NCBI GenBank assembly: GCA_008636045.1
Contig: SNRW01000003.1
Span: 1 to 56,927, forward strand
Direction: 5' to 3'
Length of the DNA stretch: 56,927 bases
Origin: Streblomastix strix
Taxonomy: Eukaryota
How positions within the stretch are numbered: the first letter of the stretch is position 1; the number at the start of each line of letters is the position of its first letter. Both the position numbers and the translations under genes were made by a program. The notes beneath the pieces were generated by a model. The model was not told the DNA's origin, did not search any database, and worked only from the letters and a program-made list of their open reading frames with translations. Shown one piece after another: positions 1 through 12,667 of this stretch.

Positions 1-346
1 AAATATCATCTATAATATAATTAAATCATAAAAAACAATTTATTTAACTCCTGTTCTTCAACTTCGAACGTAATTACTAGAAATTTTATTAAAATTTAAC
101 AATTCAAAATTTATCTTAATTTTAATACTGAAATATCATACATTCGTCAACTAATTATTGTGATTTTTAAAGAAAATATAAAATCTCAAATTATTCACTA
201 ACTAATTACATATCAATATTATTATTATTAAAATTTAATTAATTTATTATAGTATAATATTTTATACAAATAATTTACTTTACTTTAATAATTATATTTT
301 TCTTAATTTGTAAAATAATTTTATTTTGTTATTTTAGACATTAATT
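1..346 (+). repeat. Dispersed non-coding repeat, copy 1 (runs off window start; ends at the ATG of the gene at 347)
   Basis: 1-~224 is near-identical to 12318-~12541. The remainder is more diverged but ends similarly: attttagacattaatt-ATG vs attctagacattatttt-ATG. Confidence 0.9.
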
Positions 347-2040
347 ATGCACTTCTCTTTCGATTTTTTTGTCTGGCGCTTGGGATTACTATCTGATACT
401 TTACCATCTGCTGATAAAAGTAAATTGTCAGTGAAATTTGGTACAGCTCAGCCAATTGTTGTTCAACCTCCTTTCAGAAAAGGTTTTAGTTGTAGATTTA
501 CGTTGTAAAGTGGTATAATTTAATTATTTTTTTCATTTGCAATTATTATTTATTCGTTTTATTTATTTATTTAATTTTTATCAAATGATTTAGAAGACGA
601 TCTGTAGAATATGTAAAAACAGTTTTTTTTTGGATATTTTTTTAATTTTTTTAACTAAATTTCATTAGGAAATAAACTAATATTATATGCACTCTTCTAT
701 TTAATGAAAATGATGGCACGTATTAACCAGTGAGTGTATCTGGAGTTCCAGCCAAATCAATTTTCGACCAACTAGAGAATTGGCGCCTGTTCAATATAAT
801 TTTTACATCCATTAGTGGAGAAATTCTTGCAAAGCTTGACGTTTCATTTAAGGTTTCTCAACTCAATAGTAAGGGTGAGCGAATAACATCATATTCTCCT
901 CCGAAGCATGATGTTGTTAAGAGTAATAATAAAAGATAACATAACCAGGAAGACTCAGAATAAAGTAATGAAGAACCACAGAATAAAATCAGAAGGAAAC
1001 ATATTTTTGATTGGGAAGAAAATGAGAATATTAATAGAGAGGAGAATGCAGATAATCGTGCAAGAAAAGTTTCCAATTTCAAAGAAGAGGTTGATTAATA
1101 AGATTAATAATATAATTATTATGTTATTGCCAAAAAGAAGCATGCAAATAAGGTGAAAAAAAGACCACAATCAGCATCTCAAAACTTGAGAAACTAAAAT
1201 TCCTCTATAAACAGAAAAGTGAAGATGAGTGAAGATTTATGTGACTGGATTGATGGAGCTGCAGTTGAAAAGCCCCAACCAGTTGCCTAAAAATGGATAC
1301 ATGACTACAAACTTAAAAGACCGAGTACAGCAGTAGAGGATGAAAGAGAAGCTAGAATGAATAGAATAAAAGAAAGAAGAAAGAAAGAAATAGACGAATA
1401 AAATCCATCTGATGAAGTATGGAAAAGATTGTGGCAACCCATTGAGTAGCATAAACGGCAGAAGGAAGATGAACTAAATCGAACAAAAAAATAACGTGAT
1501 AAAATTGCTAAAAAAGTAGCTAAGGTAAATTACATAGAATAGTCAAGATAGAAAAGAATGGAAAGGATTATAAAGAAGCGCAAAGAAAAATTGGATGAGG
1601 AACATCCCAGTGAAGAAAACTGGGAAAGATTGCAGAAGAAATGCCAGGAGGATGTGAATAGGAAAATTGAACAATAGAAAAAAGAAAAATAAGAAAAAGA
1701 AATTGCTGAAGAAAGGGAACGAAAACTACAAGAAGAAATTGAATAGAAAGAAGGCAAAGCAAAAGATGATCAGGAAAGAAAAAGAATACGACGCGAGATA
1801 ATGCAGCGTGAAGTTGAAAAACAATTCCGGAGTACTCCAGTTAATATGGAAAAGGAACAATGGAAGAGATTAGTGGGTGTGATGGAAGAGCACAAGAAGC
1901 AACGTGAAGAAGCAAAGAAGCAGCAGGAGTTGGAAGACTTACGGTATTAACGAGAAATTGAAAAAGTCAGACAATGGGGAATAGACAGAGCTCTGGGACC
2001 GAATCCAAAATTAGCCAACAGACCCAAATCTGCTCAGTGA
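347..2040 (+). CDS. Host hypothetical protein with a charged coiled-coil C-terminal half (3 exons, code 6)
   Basis: ATG 347 (MHFSFDFFVWRLGLLSDTLP...). GT-AG introns at ~513-593 and ~622-668, then one frame to TGA 2038-2040 (...NRPKSAQ*) when TAA/TAG are read as Gln. E/K/R/Q-rich. Confidence 0.8.
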
Positions 2041-2175
2041 AAATGAAGTCATTGAAATAATATTACTCATTTATATTATTTTTGAAACTTTTACTCATTT
2101 CATATAATTATTGGCATTTCATTTCTATGCAATAATAAATTTTATTTTAAATTTGAATCTTCCCATTATGCTCTT

Positions 2176-5100
2176 TCATATTTTTGTTGCATCACTTCCA
2201 ACATTGGTTACTAGTTTAGAAATTATATCGATTATTGAACTCGCCTATTCCTTCAATTCACTCAGTTTAGTATTCACAGCGTTTCCCTCAGAAAGTATCT
2301 GGCATTCTGCACCTTGTCCTTTTTTCAATTAATTCAGGAAATCTACTAAAAGATCCAGATTCCAGTCTTTCTCTGTTTAACTCACGCTTATAAGGCGATT
2401 TATGGTACTCTAATCAGATAATGAAGTGTTAAGAAGTGCTATTATCCTTGAAATCAAGAGTGAACATGATAGCAACTGCTGTTCTATAGCAGCTAAATTA
2501 ATCTTTTCTTCTGAAATTTTCTATTAAGTCTTTGATGCTTCTTCTGCATTACCTGCACGCTCAAATTATTCTGCTTAACATGTGAGTTGAATGATATTAT
2601 GCATGATTTGTAGATCTTTAGGACTTACCTTCTCCAACGCTTTTTGTTCCCATTCAGAAAGATCTTCCATTAACTTCAAAGAAACTCGGGCTAAATTGTG
2701 TTAGAAAAGCTTTTTCTCTGATCCAGGGGCCAATTTCTTTTTCTTTAATATATTTGTATAAAATATTAAAGTTGTGAGAGCATCATTACACAAGGCAATG
2801 GCAACATCTCTTTCTTCAAGAATCTGTTACAGACCTCTGTCCTCTTCGTCTTCAGAATCTTGATTTCGCTCTTCTTCTGATTCATGCAAATCTTCTTCTT
2901 CTAATATAAGTTTTTCAATTGCATGAGCAGATATATCAAGCAATACTACGTGCAATGGGATTAGATCAGTATTACTAAGAATATCCCCAAAATCTTCATT
3001 TTATACTATATAGGATGTTGATGTACAGCAGTTTTTAATAGTCTATGGAGTAAGTGTAAATTAAACTGCCTGTTTTCCTTCAAAGATACCAGTCATCGAT
3101 TTTTAAGCTGACTCTGGAAGATCTTGAGAAAAATTTGAGTAGTTTTGAGCAAGATAAGATCTAAGAATCAATTCAATGTCATCAAATAATCCCTGTTCAA
3201 CCATCTTCTTGATATTATGCAACTCAAGCGTCAAGTTCACAAATGCTTTTGAAATCTTTTCCAGTGTTTCAGAATGCTATTACAATTTTCCTTTCAGTTC
3301 ATCTTCATCCTTTTCACCAGAATCATAATCTGCGATTGACTGCATAAGGAGTGTGTGGAGACAATCAACAATAGTCTCAGGTAAGTCTGTAGTGGCTATG
3401 GCTGCATTAATGTCTTCAAGATGAGCCATATTTGTGACCGTTCCAGTAATATTGGCCACAACTACAAAATCTTCATCTTTATAGCGCTAAAGAAGTTAGT
3501 TAATTAATAGAAGACCATTTGACTTTGTTATACTTAAACAACAAGATTAGTTGATTGATAAGTTATTCAAACATTTCGGAACACGCACCAAAACATCGGG
3601 ATTGATAAAACAAACATCCATGGAAACTTTCACAATTACTTCTACAGCACCAAAATCCGAAAGAAAAGTACGACTCCTGTCGTTCAAAGCCAAAGATGTG
3701 AATACAGCAATCATACTAAGAAAATATAACAAGAATAATAATCATACAATAAAATAAGCAATATAAACACTAATAAACCTGCTAACAACTTATCTTGCAT
3801 TCTTATATCTCTCTAAAAGACGCATCATTGTAGGAATTAATGCCCATTCACGTTTATCTTCTTCTTCTTTACTAATATCTACAAAATTAGCATAATTTTC
3901 ATCATTATTTTTCAACCAATCTTCGGACAATTCACCATTGTCTTTATATTTCGGTGGTTTTGGGTGCATGTTGATGAGTTATTGGTTAATTGAATCATCC
4001 ATGTTCAGATTAGCTATGATGACCACAAAGCGAGATATAATTTCTTCGTTGTAGTCAAAGAATTCACGAGCTACGCGTAACACAATGTCAACTGCCCCAG
4101 ATTCAAATAAAGCGCGTTTCCCAGACTTTGCAGGAGTTGTGTGAGCAAGAAATGCGATAACTCTAAAAATAGCTTCATCATCTCTTACATACCATTCTGG
4201 CCAACCTCTCATTTTCCTTCTCTCTTCATTGCTTATGATGGGCATGCCTTCTTCCTTCTCAATTCCTACAAGTGCACCTCTTTGATGCTGTCCTTTTAAA
4301 TTTGTGGTATTTTAGATTTTATTAGATATATTATCACTTTCTGGAGGAAGAAGCACTTTTAATCCTTCAACCATACTCTGTATAAGTCCACTTGAGATCA
4401 TGTTTTCAACATCTTTTTTAGGATCTTAGACTATAAGGTTCTTAGCAAGGATTGCTGCATATCTTAATAAAGACGGACAAAATTTAAGTGCGAAGCGAGT
4501 GAATTTGGAAAGAATTGATGGAACTTAAAGATAAATAAGCATCTTTTATCCCACTCGTTATGTGAGCGAAGCATTTGATAGTGATAAAAGCACGTTTCTC
4601 AATGTAAGTACTCCATCAATAGCGAATGGGGGTGAAGTAGCAAAACATTTTGGAGTCTGTGGTGCTGTGCCTGGTCGCAATTCTGTGGAAATTTGGGGAA
4701 TTTCAAATGTGTAAAGAGATGTTATGTTTTGAGGAGCAGTATCTGCAATGATATCCTATACGACTTGTTATAGTACTGAATGTTTCGCACGCTCGATTGT
4801 AAGCCAAAATCGAGGAGTGATTATATTTTATGTTCTTTTCAATGAATGTTAGTCACTTTTGATTGTATTAGATGTTTCTTAAATCATTTCTGTATTTGAG
4901 CTTCTATTATCTTATAAAAGTTATACTGCATCTCGGTATTGGATCTCTGGATGGCAAATGTCTGTCCAAAGACTCTCTGTGGATGTTTTCTGTTCCATAT
5001 TACTATAAAGATTTAGATATTCAATTAATGATTCAATGATTTAGTTTCCTAAGAGTTATTCGTGCATATTTGATATTGTGGATAAATTTGAAATAAAAGC

Positions 5101-8100
5101 TGTTATTCTTGCAAAGAGCGCTTGACGATTCATCTATCTTCTAAGAAGAAACTTCTCCATTATTCCAGGAGACTTTATTATATTCATCCATATAGAGTCA
5201 GGAGTTTATGGGGTTACAACTTATTAAGACACAATATTCCATTTTGATTTTGGGTTACTTTTCTATTGAGGTGAAGTTTATGGTTGAACAGGAGATTGTT
5301 GAAAAGCTCTTCGTGTGAGATGGGGCAGTGTGCCTTTATTGAAATTACCTGAGCCATCAGCTACACTCTTTGCATCTTTCACCATATCCTATGACAGTGT
5401 TCCTCCTATCTGTAATAAGCAGAGTTTAGATGCATTTTCTAAATGTATTCTATCTAAACTAATATTAGATAGTAGTTCAGAACATAACATTACAATTTCT
5501 TTCCGCACTCTTTTCCACTTGGTCATTACAAATCCAATTGCTGTGACTAGAGCTTCATCTTTATAGAGTTTATATTTATTTCTTTCATTTAAAAGCATAT
5601 AATCACTTTCTTATATTTCTTTTTAATCAAAGACTTTTTCATTTTCTTAATCTTCGTCACTTAATGTCTCCATCTATCTTGGTCCAAATATCAATACACG
5701 TAATTATGCATATGAAAGATGCGGATTGCGCCTCCATATTTCATCATTATTTTCATTCTCATAATCATTTTCATATTTATCAATTCCAACTGATAATGAT
5801 GGAGTTAGACTGGATATTGGAAGTGCAAGCGCATAGAGAGCTAATACAAGATTATGAGCAAGTTCAGCAGATATTTTTTCTTTATTTTCCAGCAAGTTTA
5901 GTATAACTGATGGAGCAGTTGCGGTGTGCAATGCAATATTAAGAGACACTAGTTACAATGATTAAAAGTTATTAAAACAGAAAATAAAAATAATAGAATT
6001 GCTTCATACCATTTTAAGCAATGATTTGAATCGCATGAGCAGCACGATTCAAGGTTCTTTCACTTGATCTTATATCAGCAAGTATTTTAGTTATCCCTTC
6101 TGCAATTGTTTATTATTTTTCTAAATTCTCAATAAGTTATTTATATTCTTCTTCTTTCGTTTGGAGTTCTTTTTCTCTAATAGATTTGATCGTTTTAGGT
6201 TTTACAGCATTATTAATGCATATTGATGACTGATGTCCAATTTGTCCACAGATCGAACATTGAATAATAGTTTCTTAGGGTGTAAGTGTCTAAACAGAGT
6301 ATGAATTAAAATGTGCTAAAATTGATGGACTATTACCAAAGTTGGATATGACAGTGCACAAATTTGCAGCTAACATATTATCTTCCCCAGAGACACGAAT
6401 TAATAGATTTCCTAATGTTTAAGATAAGGATAGATTGCAAATGATTGGATTAATTTAGTTTTCTTATTCTATCTTCACTTTCTTGTTTTGCAGCTTTGAT
6501 ATTTAATTTTCAGTATTTGAAATCTCTGCATCAAAATTGTTTAATAAATTTACTTAAAATGCATCTATGTATATTAATATAAAAAAATATAAAAAAAAAT
6601 TAAAAAGTTTAGAATATTATTTTTATTTAGAATCAAACCATCAATAAGGAGATTCATAAGTGCAAATATTGTGGCTTTGATGAGTCTCTTTCTCATATCA
6701 TCTTAATAACAATCCCTCAAAATAGCTCCTACTAAATGTGAGAAAACAGGTGTATATTTATTTTTAATGCTTTCATATTTATCTTAATCGTCTATATCTT
6801 TCTGATTCTGTCCTACATATGTAACTAATGTAAGTTTTTTTTTCTCAGCCCATACACTAGCCCAACTTCCTTCAGACTATCCATTAGTTGCATCAACAAA
6901 TTATTGTTCTTTTTCTTCATCTTCATTTCCTTCTTGTCTTTCATCATCACTATTTTCATTATTACTTTCTGATAATTCATCATCATCATCATCTTCATCT
7001 TTAAATTAATTAGCTTTATTATATTTTCTTTTATTCTTTCCTTAATTATATATATTTTAATCCTAATTATCATCTTATGAAGATAATAATTGAGTTCTGC
7101 TCTATTCATGATGTGCAATACAACTAATAAAAAAAAGTGCTTGAATAAGAACTTCATCAATTTCTTTTCTTTCAATTTCTGATATCTTCTATTCTTTATT
7201 AATAGTGCGAATATAGATGGATCTTAAGAAAGGAGGAATGAGAGATAATTTTCCTTCAATCTATGGTATACCTGAAGAAAAAGTTACTAATGTATTATTG
7301 CCTTCTTCTTCATCAACTAAATCTTCAAGGTCATTAATGTCTTCATCTTCTTCTTCATCTGTGTTATTTATTTCTTTCTCATCATAATCATCTTCTTCAA
7401 ATAAATCCAAATCTTGATTGGTTTATCTTTTATTCTTTCTTCTTCTCGATATTCGAGATGTGCCAAAATTTAATGATCCACGTGAAGTTGACAATGTTCC
7501 ATTTTTATATCCATTTCCATCTTCCAATAATCCAAATTCACACATTTATTCAAATGTTACATATGATGCTTATGTGGGTGGAGGGAGTGCATATGCAACA
7601 AATGAAAGAATGCGGAAGAGTTCATAAAATGCACGATTAAGAAGAATATGTGTATAATTAATCTAATCATTTTAGTTTGTTTAATCATTATTTTCTTCTT
7701 ATTTTTATTATATCAGAATAACTTCGTCTTCAACAATTGTCAGAAGAGAAGATATCCAGGTTGAATTTGTTCCCACAACTTTTCTTACTGATTATATAGT
7801 GCATCTAGTTGTGTTTGTGTCTTCTTCAGGAACTTCTTCTATTTTACTTTATAATTAATCATCATGTTCATTCCCATAATTAAAAAATGAATTATAAGCA
7901 TTTGGGTTGTTGTCAATTACATCATCTAATAAAAGTACAATGCTCTTCATCAAATAAATAATAATGGTTAACAATTAGTTTTAATCATTGTTTTTTTCTT
8001 ATTATTCTTAATTATCATTTTCATCATCAATTTCAACAAAGTTGGCATATATATAACTTTTAACCTTAATGAATAATTTAGATTAAATGTCAAAAAGAAG

Positions 8101-11100
8101 TGAAAATAAACTACTCAATTATTGGGGAATCTCTTTTGAGTCAAGGTCAAAAGAATCTTCATTTCTTTGTTAAGGAAATCTATGAAGATCTCGGATTATA
8201 CGAGAGTGGATTAATAAGGAATATAATATTTCTATCACTCCACGAAGAAATAATAATTCATTTCCAATTTAATTATTTTCTTTTTCCATTATGCATGTGA
8301 CAATTTGACTTGCAACTATTTTGCAAACGTGCAATATATTTTCTTAGACGCATAAAACAGCAAAATTCTCACTTTAGCGAATGAGCAAAGAAATAAATGA
8401 AAAAACATGCTATGATGAAATAGGATTGGCATTGTTGAGTGAGTTTTTATTATCAGATTAAATTTTATCAAATAATTTTTCTTTTTATTTTGATTATTTG
8501 GATGTGCTATTATTAATAATTTCTTAAGCATTAATTTTGAGAAGGAGAAGAAGATCACTAGCTAGATTACGTGAAGAGGCTACATTGATGATCATCTTTT
8601 GTATTTCAATCTGTGAAATTTCATTTTATTCCTTTTATTATAATGAGCTTTTAGATCCTGAAGATTATAATGAGCTTTTAGATTCTGAAGATTATAATTA
8701 GCTTTTAGATCCTGATGATTATAATTAGCTTTTAGATCCTGAAGATTATAATTAGCTTTTAGATCCTGATGATTATAATTAGCTATTAGATCTTAAACTT
8801 TATAATTAGCTATTAGATCCTGAATATTAATCATGTTCATTCTATGCATTTTAACCTGATGTATTTATAATTTGAGAGAATTATGCTACATTATGGGCAG
8901 CAATGCGAATAGATATAAGATTTTATTTTTTCTTATAAGTCAAAAGTTTCATTGATCCATCCTATTTAAGGTTTGGGTTAGGTAAATCACTTGTAATTAA
9001 CTTTAAATCTATATATAACAATTATTGAATTTGTTTCTCAAACATTAATTCCAATTCGAGTTTATCACTCTCTTTATTTTCGTGGGAACCATCTTTAAAT
9101 AATTGAGGTAATTTACCTGGATTTTCTGCTTAAGATGATTGTGGAGTCTTAATGCCACTTAATAATATATAGATTGTGCTTAATATGATATTTTAAGGGA
9201 TACAATTGAGATAATAAGAAGAATTAGAAGGGAATTAATTTGTACATGAAGGAGGATTAAAAAGATAATTAATTAATATTCTTAGGGGAGTTTATAATGT
9301 TTATTAATTTGAATTTTTTGTTATTTCATGATCTTTAAATGTACGAATGAACATTATCCTATTTTCTTGTTAAATAGCCATTTGATGAAGAAAGATTGCA
9401 GATTTTATATGAATTTATGAAACAATTGTTGGATTACAATGATATGCAATTTTATCTATAATTTTGTTGGAGCCTGAAATATTAGAAGATTGCTAAGGTG
9501 GAAATACGAAATTGTGCTCAAGTAACTTAGAAACAAAATATATCAAGTTCTTTTCAGTAAGTGCAAACCGCAATTTATCTGGAAAGACGGAAGAATTTGT
9601 TAAAAATTAGAATTTCATGTAAAAAAGAAACAATAAAAACAAATATATGATATAAATAATTGAGTGAAAAGTATTAATCATACCGTATTAAGCAGAGAGA
9701 GGATTAGTGCCAATTGATAATAGACATAAAAGAGTTACTGTTCTTTGTAGCAGATCAGCATGAATCTAATAAGAAACATTGTTGATATCACTTTCTGAAC
9801 TAGAATCTTTTCCTTCAATTTATTACTTATTCCAGACATTAAGAATATTTCCACAAAGATTTGAGATTTCATAGTCAATAAGATGGAGGCTTCTATCAGG
9901 TGTTGTGGCCAAAAGGGAGAAGAGCTTCATTCCTAAATTGGGAATAGAAGATTATTATCCAAATTTATCCTTATTTCCTTTTGATCTTTACTTTTCATCT
10001 TGTGGGAGAATAATTGTTAAAATTCTTTTAATTAAGGAGGGTAAAAATTTGCATTTTGATAGTTTCTCTGCTGTATTATCTATTAAATAAATATTTATAA
10101 AGAAATATTGTTAAATAAAGAAATAAAAATTAAATAAATATAATTATAGCAAACCATCTTCAGCAAGAAATGTCAAAACCAATAAAATTCTCTCAGATAG
10201 ATCATCCTAACTTATATTGGGAATGTATACATCTGCTATAGCAACTATGAAAGCTACACACTCAGGATGTGTCAAAGCAGGCAATGAATCACCTATTAAT
10301 AATATTTATATAAAATTGATTAAAATATAAAGCAAAAGAAAAGAGAAAATAAGAAACAAACTACTCTAAGAAATACGAAGAAGAAGAATGGAAAGAATTT
10401 CACACAAAGAAGTAATAGATATAATTGCATTCTTCTTCAATAATAAAGACGATTGAGTTAAAGTCTAAGAAGATGATGATGAAGTTGTATGAAACAACTT
10501 TAATAATCCTGAGGTTATCAATAAGGACCTGTAATTAGCTATAAAACAAAGAAATTGTACTAATAACAAATAAAAATAAATTTCTAACTGTATAAGCTGA
10601 TTGAGCATAAAATATTCAGTGTAGATCGAACTATCTCTAATCTTACTGGTAGTATAATCTATTCATCTGGATTTTCTTCTTTGATTACTTCTTATTCAAT
10701 ATTCTATTCTTTATTGTCTGAATTATACTTTGAATCTTTTTAAAGTCGACTTTCTTCCTTATCAAGTGCAATTCTTGAGATGTTAACAAGTTTCGCCAAA
10801 AGAGAGCTAGAGGCAACAAGACCACAAGCTTATTCAGCTATTTATGAAATTAATAGTAAAAAGATATTAATTTAGTAAAAAATTTAAGTAATCAATAAAA
10901 AATCAGAAAATTGCAAACAATTCTCACATATTATCTTTAAGCAAAGTGTCATAATCAGATTAATATTCCAACGGTTTATTTCAATAATTTCTTGTGTCTA
11001 TCCAGTAATTATCTGTCCATCCACAATCCGATCAAGCGCTTCAATACCTCCAATGTTGATAAATGTATTTATCATAGGACCTGTACTCAGAAGTAGAAAT

Positions 11101-11539
11101 AATAGCTTTCCAGAACAAATTAAGGATTAAGAATCTGTGGATTATTATAAAATCTTTTTAACAGCTTCCAAACAGCCTTTTCCCTAAAGTAATTATAGAA
11201 TTCGGTCTGAAATAACAGTCAATAATAAATTATCTCTTAAAAAAAATATTATATACCACTTTAAACCATAATTTGAACAAGCGTGCAAAGCAATATTTGA
11301 ACATTTGTATTTTTTGTACTCCTAAAAACCAAAATTAAAGATAATTAAGGAATAAAAAATAAATGTAAAGAAATATACCAAAGTATAGAAATAATCCGAA
11401 TTGAAACGTCAAAAATACGAGGTGCCGCTGATACTTCATTTTAATTTTTCATCAAATGTATGAGAGGATATTCGTCCAAATACTTTTCGTCGTTTTCAAG
11501 GATTGCAATCCACAAATTTCGAAGCTATTACGAAGACAT
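2176..11539 (-). CDS. Very large multi-exon armadillo/HEAT-like helical-repeat protein with acidic linkers and a CCHC zinc knuckle (may be two genes)
   Basis: ATG 11539 (MSSQQLRNLWIAILEND...), TGA at 2176-2178. Long code-6 frames separated by short introns. ARM-like segments (ALFESGAVDIVLRVAREF...IISRFVVIIANL; LCSELLSNIS). CSICGQIGHQSSIC at ~6217-6260. Confidence 0.65.
8638..8826 (-). repeat. 27-bp coding tandem repeat x7 (approx. SSGSKS(S/Q)LQ)
   Basis: Unit ttataatgagcttttagatcctgaaga with minor variants, in frame in the large minus-strand gene. Confidence 0.9.
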
Positions 11540-12317
11540 GACTATATATGGAGATTATTAAAGAAAATATAACTAAACGAATAAAAAATATGATTTATAG
11601 GTCGCAAATTGTTATTTCTAAAAATAAAAATGTTTTCTGAGTTTATTGATGTGTTTAATTTTTGTTTGAGTAATTATTCGGATGAAATAGGTAAACATAT
11701 CATCATCTTGCACATGGGAATGCAATTAGTATATGTAGATAAAAATCCACGAGAGATTTTAAGCTATCTAGCAGAGTGTGTATTGTTTGTGTTATTTTAT
11801 TGTGTGCGCTGGTTTTGTAGCCCAAAGAGCGCCGTCTCTGAATGTGGAGAAACAAAATTATTCAATCAGCAAGACGTAAACTCGTGTTACAGATAATTAT
11901 GGCAAATTGAACCAGATTTCGTGTCTACCAATGTCTACAAAGCAACCCCAGTTCATTCGAAAATAAATCGATCAAAGTACAATATGGAACTAGAACATAT
12001 TTGAATAGAGTTGAACGGTTGGATCTGTGACCGTTTTATTTTTTCAAAAATTTTAGCTTCTTTTAAAGCAAAAAATCAAAAACGCTCTCTAAAATATATT
12101 CTCCTCTCATTCGATGGAAAAAATTTCATATAGTTCTAAAAGATATATTTGATTTGGATTAAAGTTAAATTAATAAAATTATTTTAAAACCAAAGAAATC
12201 CCTTATTAAAAACCGTTTTTTTTCATTTAAGTAGTAAGGACTTGAGAATTTGATGATTATATCTAAATTTTAAATGCTTCTTTATATTTAGAACTTTATT
12301 ATCGACATATATATTCC

Positions 12318-12667
12318 AAATATCATCTATAATATAATTAAATCATAAAAAACAATTTATTTAACTCCTGTTCTTCAACTTCGAACGTAATTACTAGAAA
12401 TTTTATTAAAATTTAACAATTCAAAATTTATCTTAATTTTAATATTGAAATATCATACATTCGTCAACTAATTATTGTGATTATTAAAGAAAATATAAAA
12501 TCTCAAATTACTCACTAACAAATTACATATCTATATTATTAATATTCCAAAAATTAAATTATTCCATTATAATTTAATATTTTTTTGCATATTTTTTACT
12601 TTGTTTTATAAATTATATTTTCATAATTTGCAAAACCTCTTTATTTGTTTATTCTAGACATTATTTT
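12318..12667 (+). repeat. Dispersed non-coding repeat, copy 2 (ends at ATG 12668)
   Basis: Direct repeat of 1-346. Confidence 0.9.

Noticed and set aside
6217..6260. CCHC knuckle as a retrotransposon gag remnant
   Set aside because: Embedded in a spliced host reading frame with no nearby RT, protease or LTR evidence.
8638..8826. 27-bp repeat as a CRISPR array
   Set aside because: Head-to-tail units with no unique spacers, in frame in a eukaryotic CDS, and no cas genes.
11609..11896. 95-aa plus-strand ORF between two host genes
   Set aside because: Non-ATG start, no recognisable motif, and it lies in a divergent promoter region.
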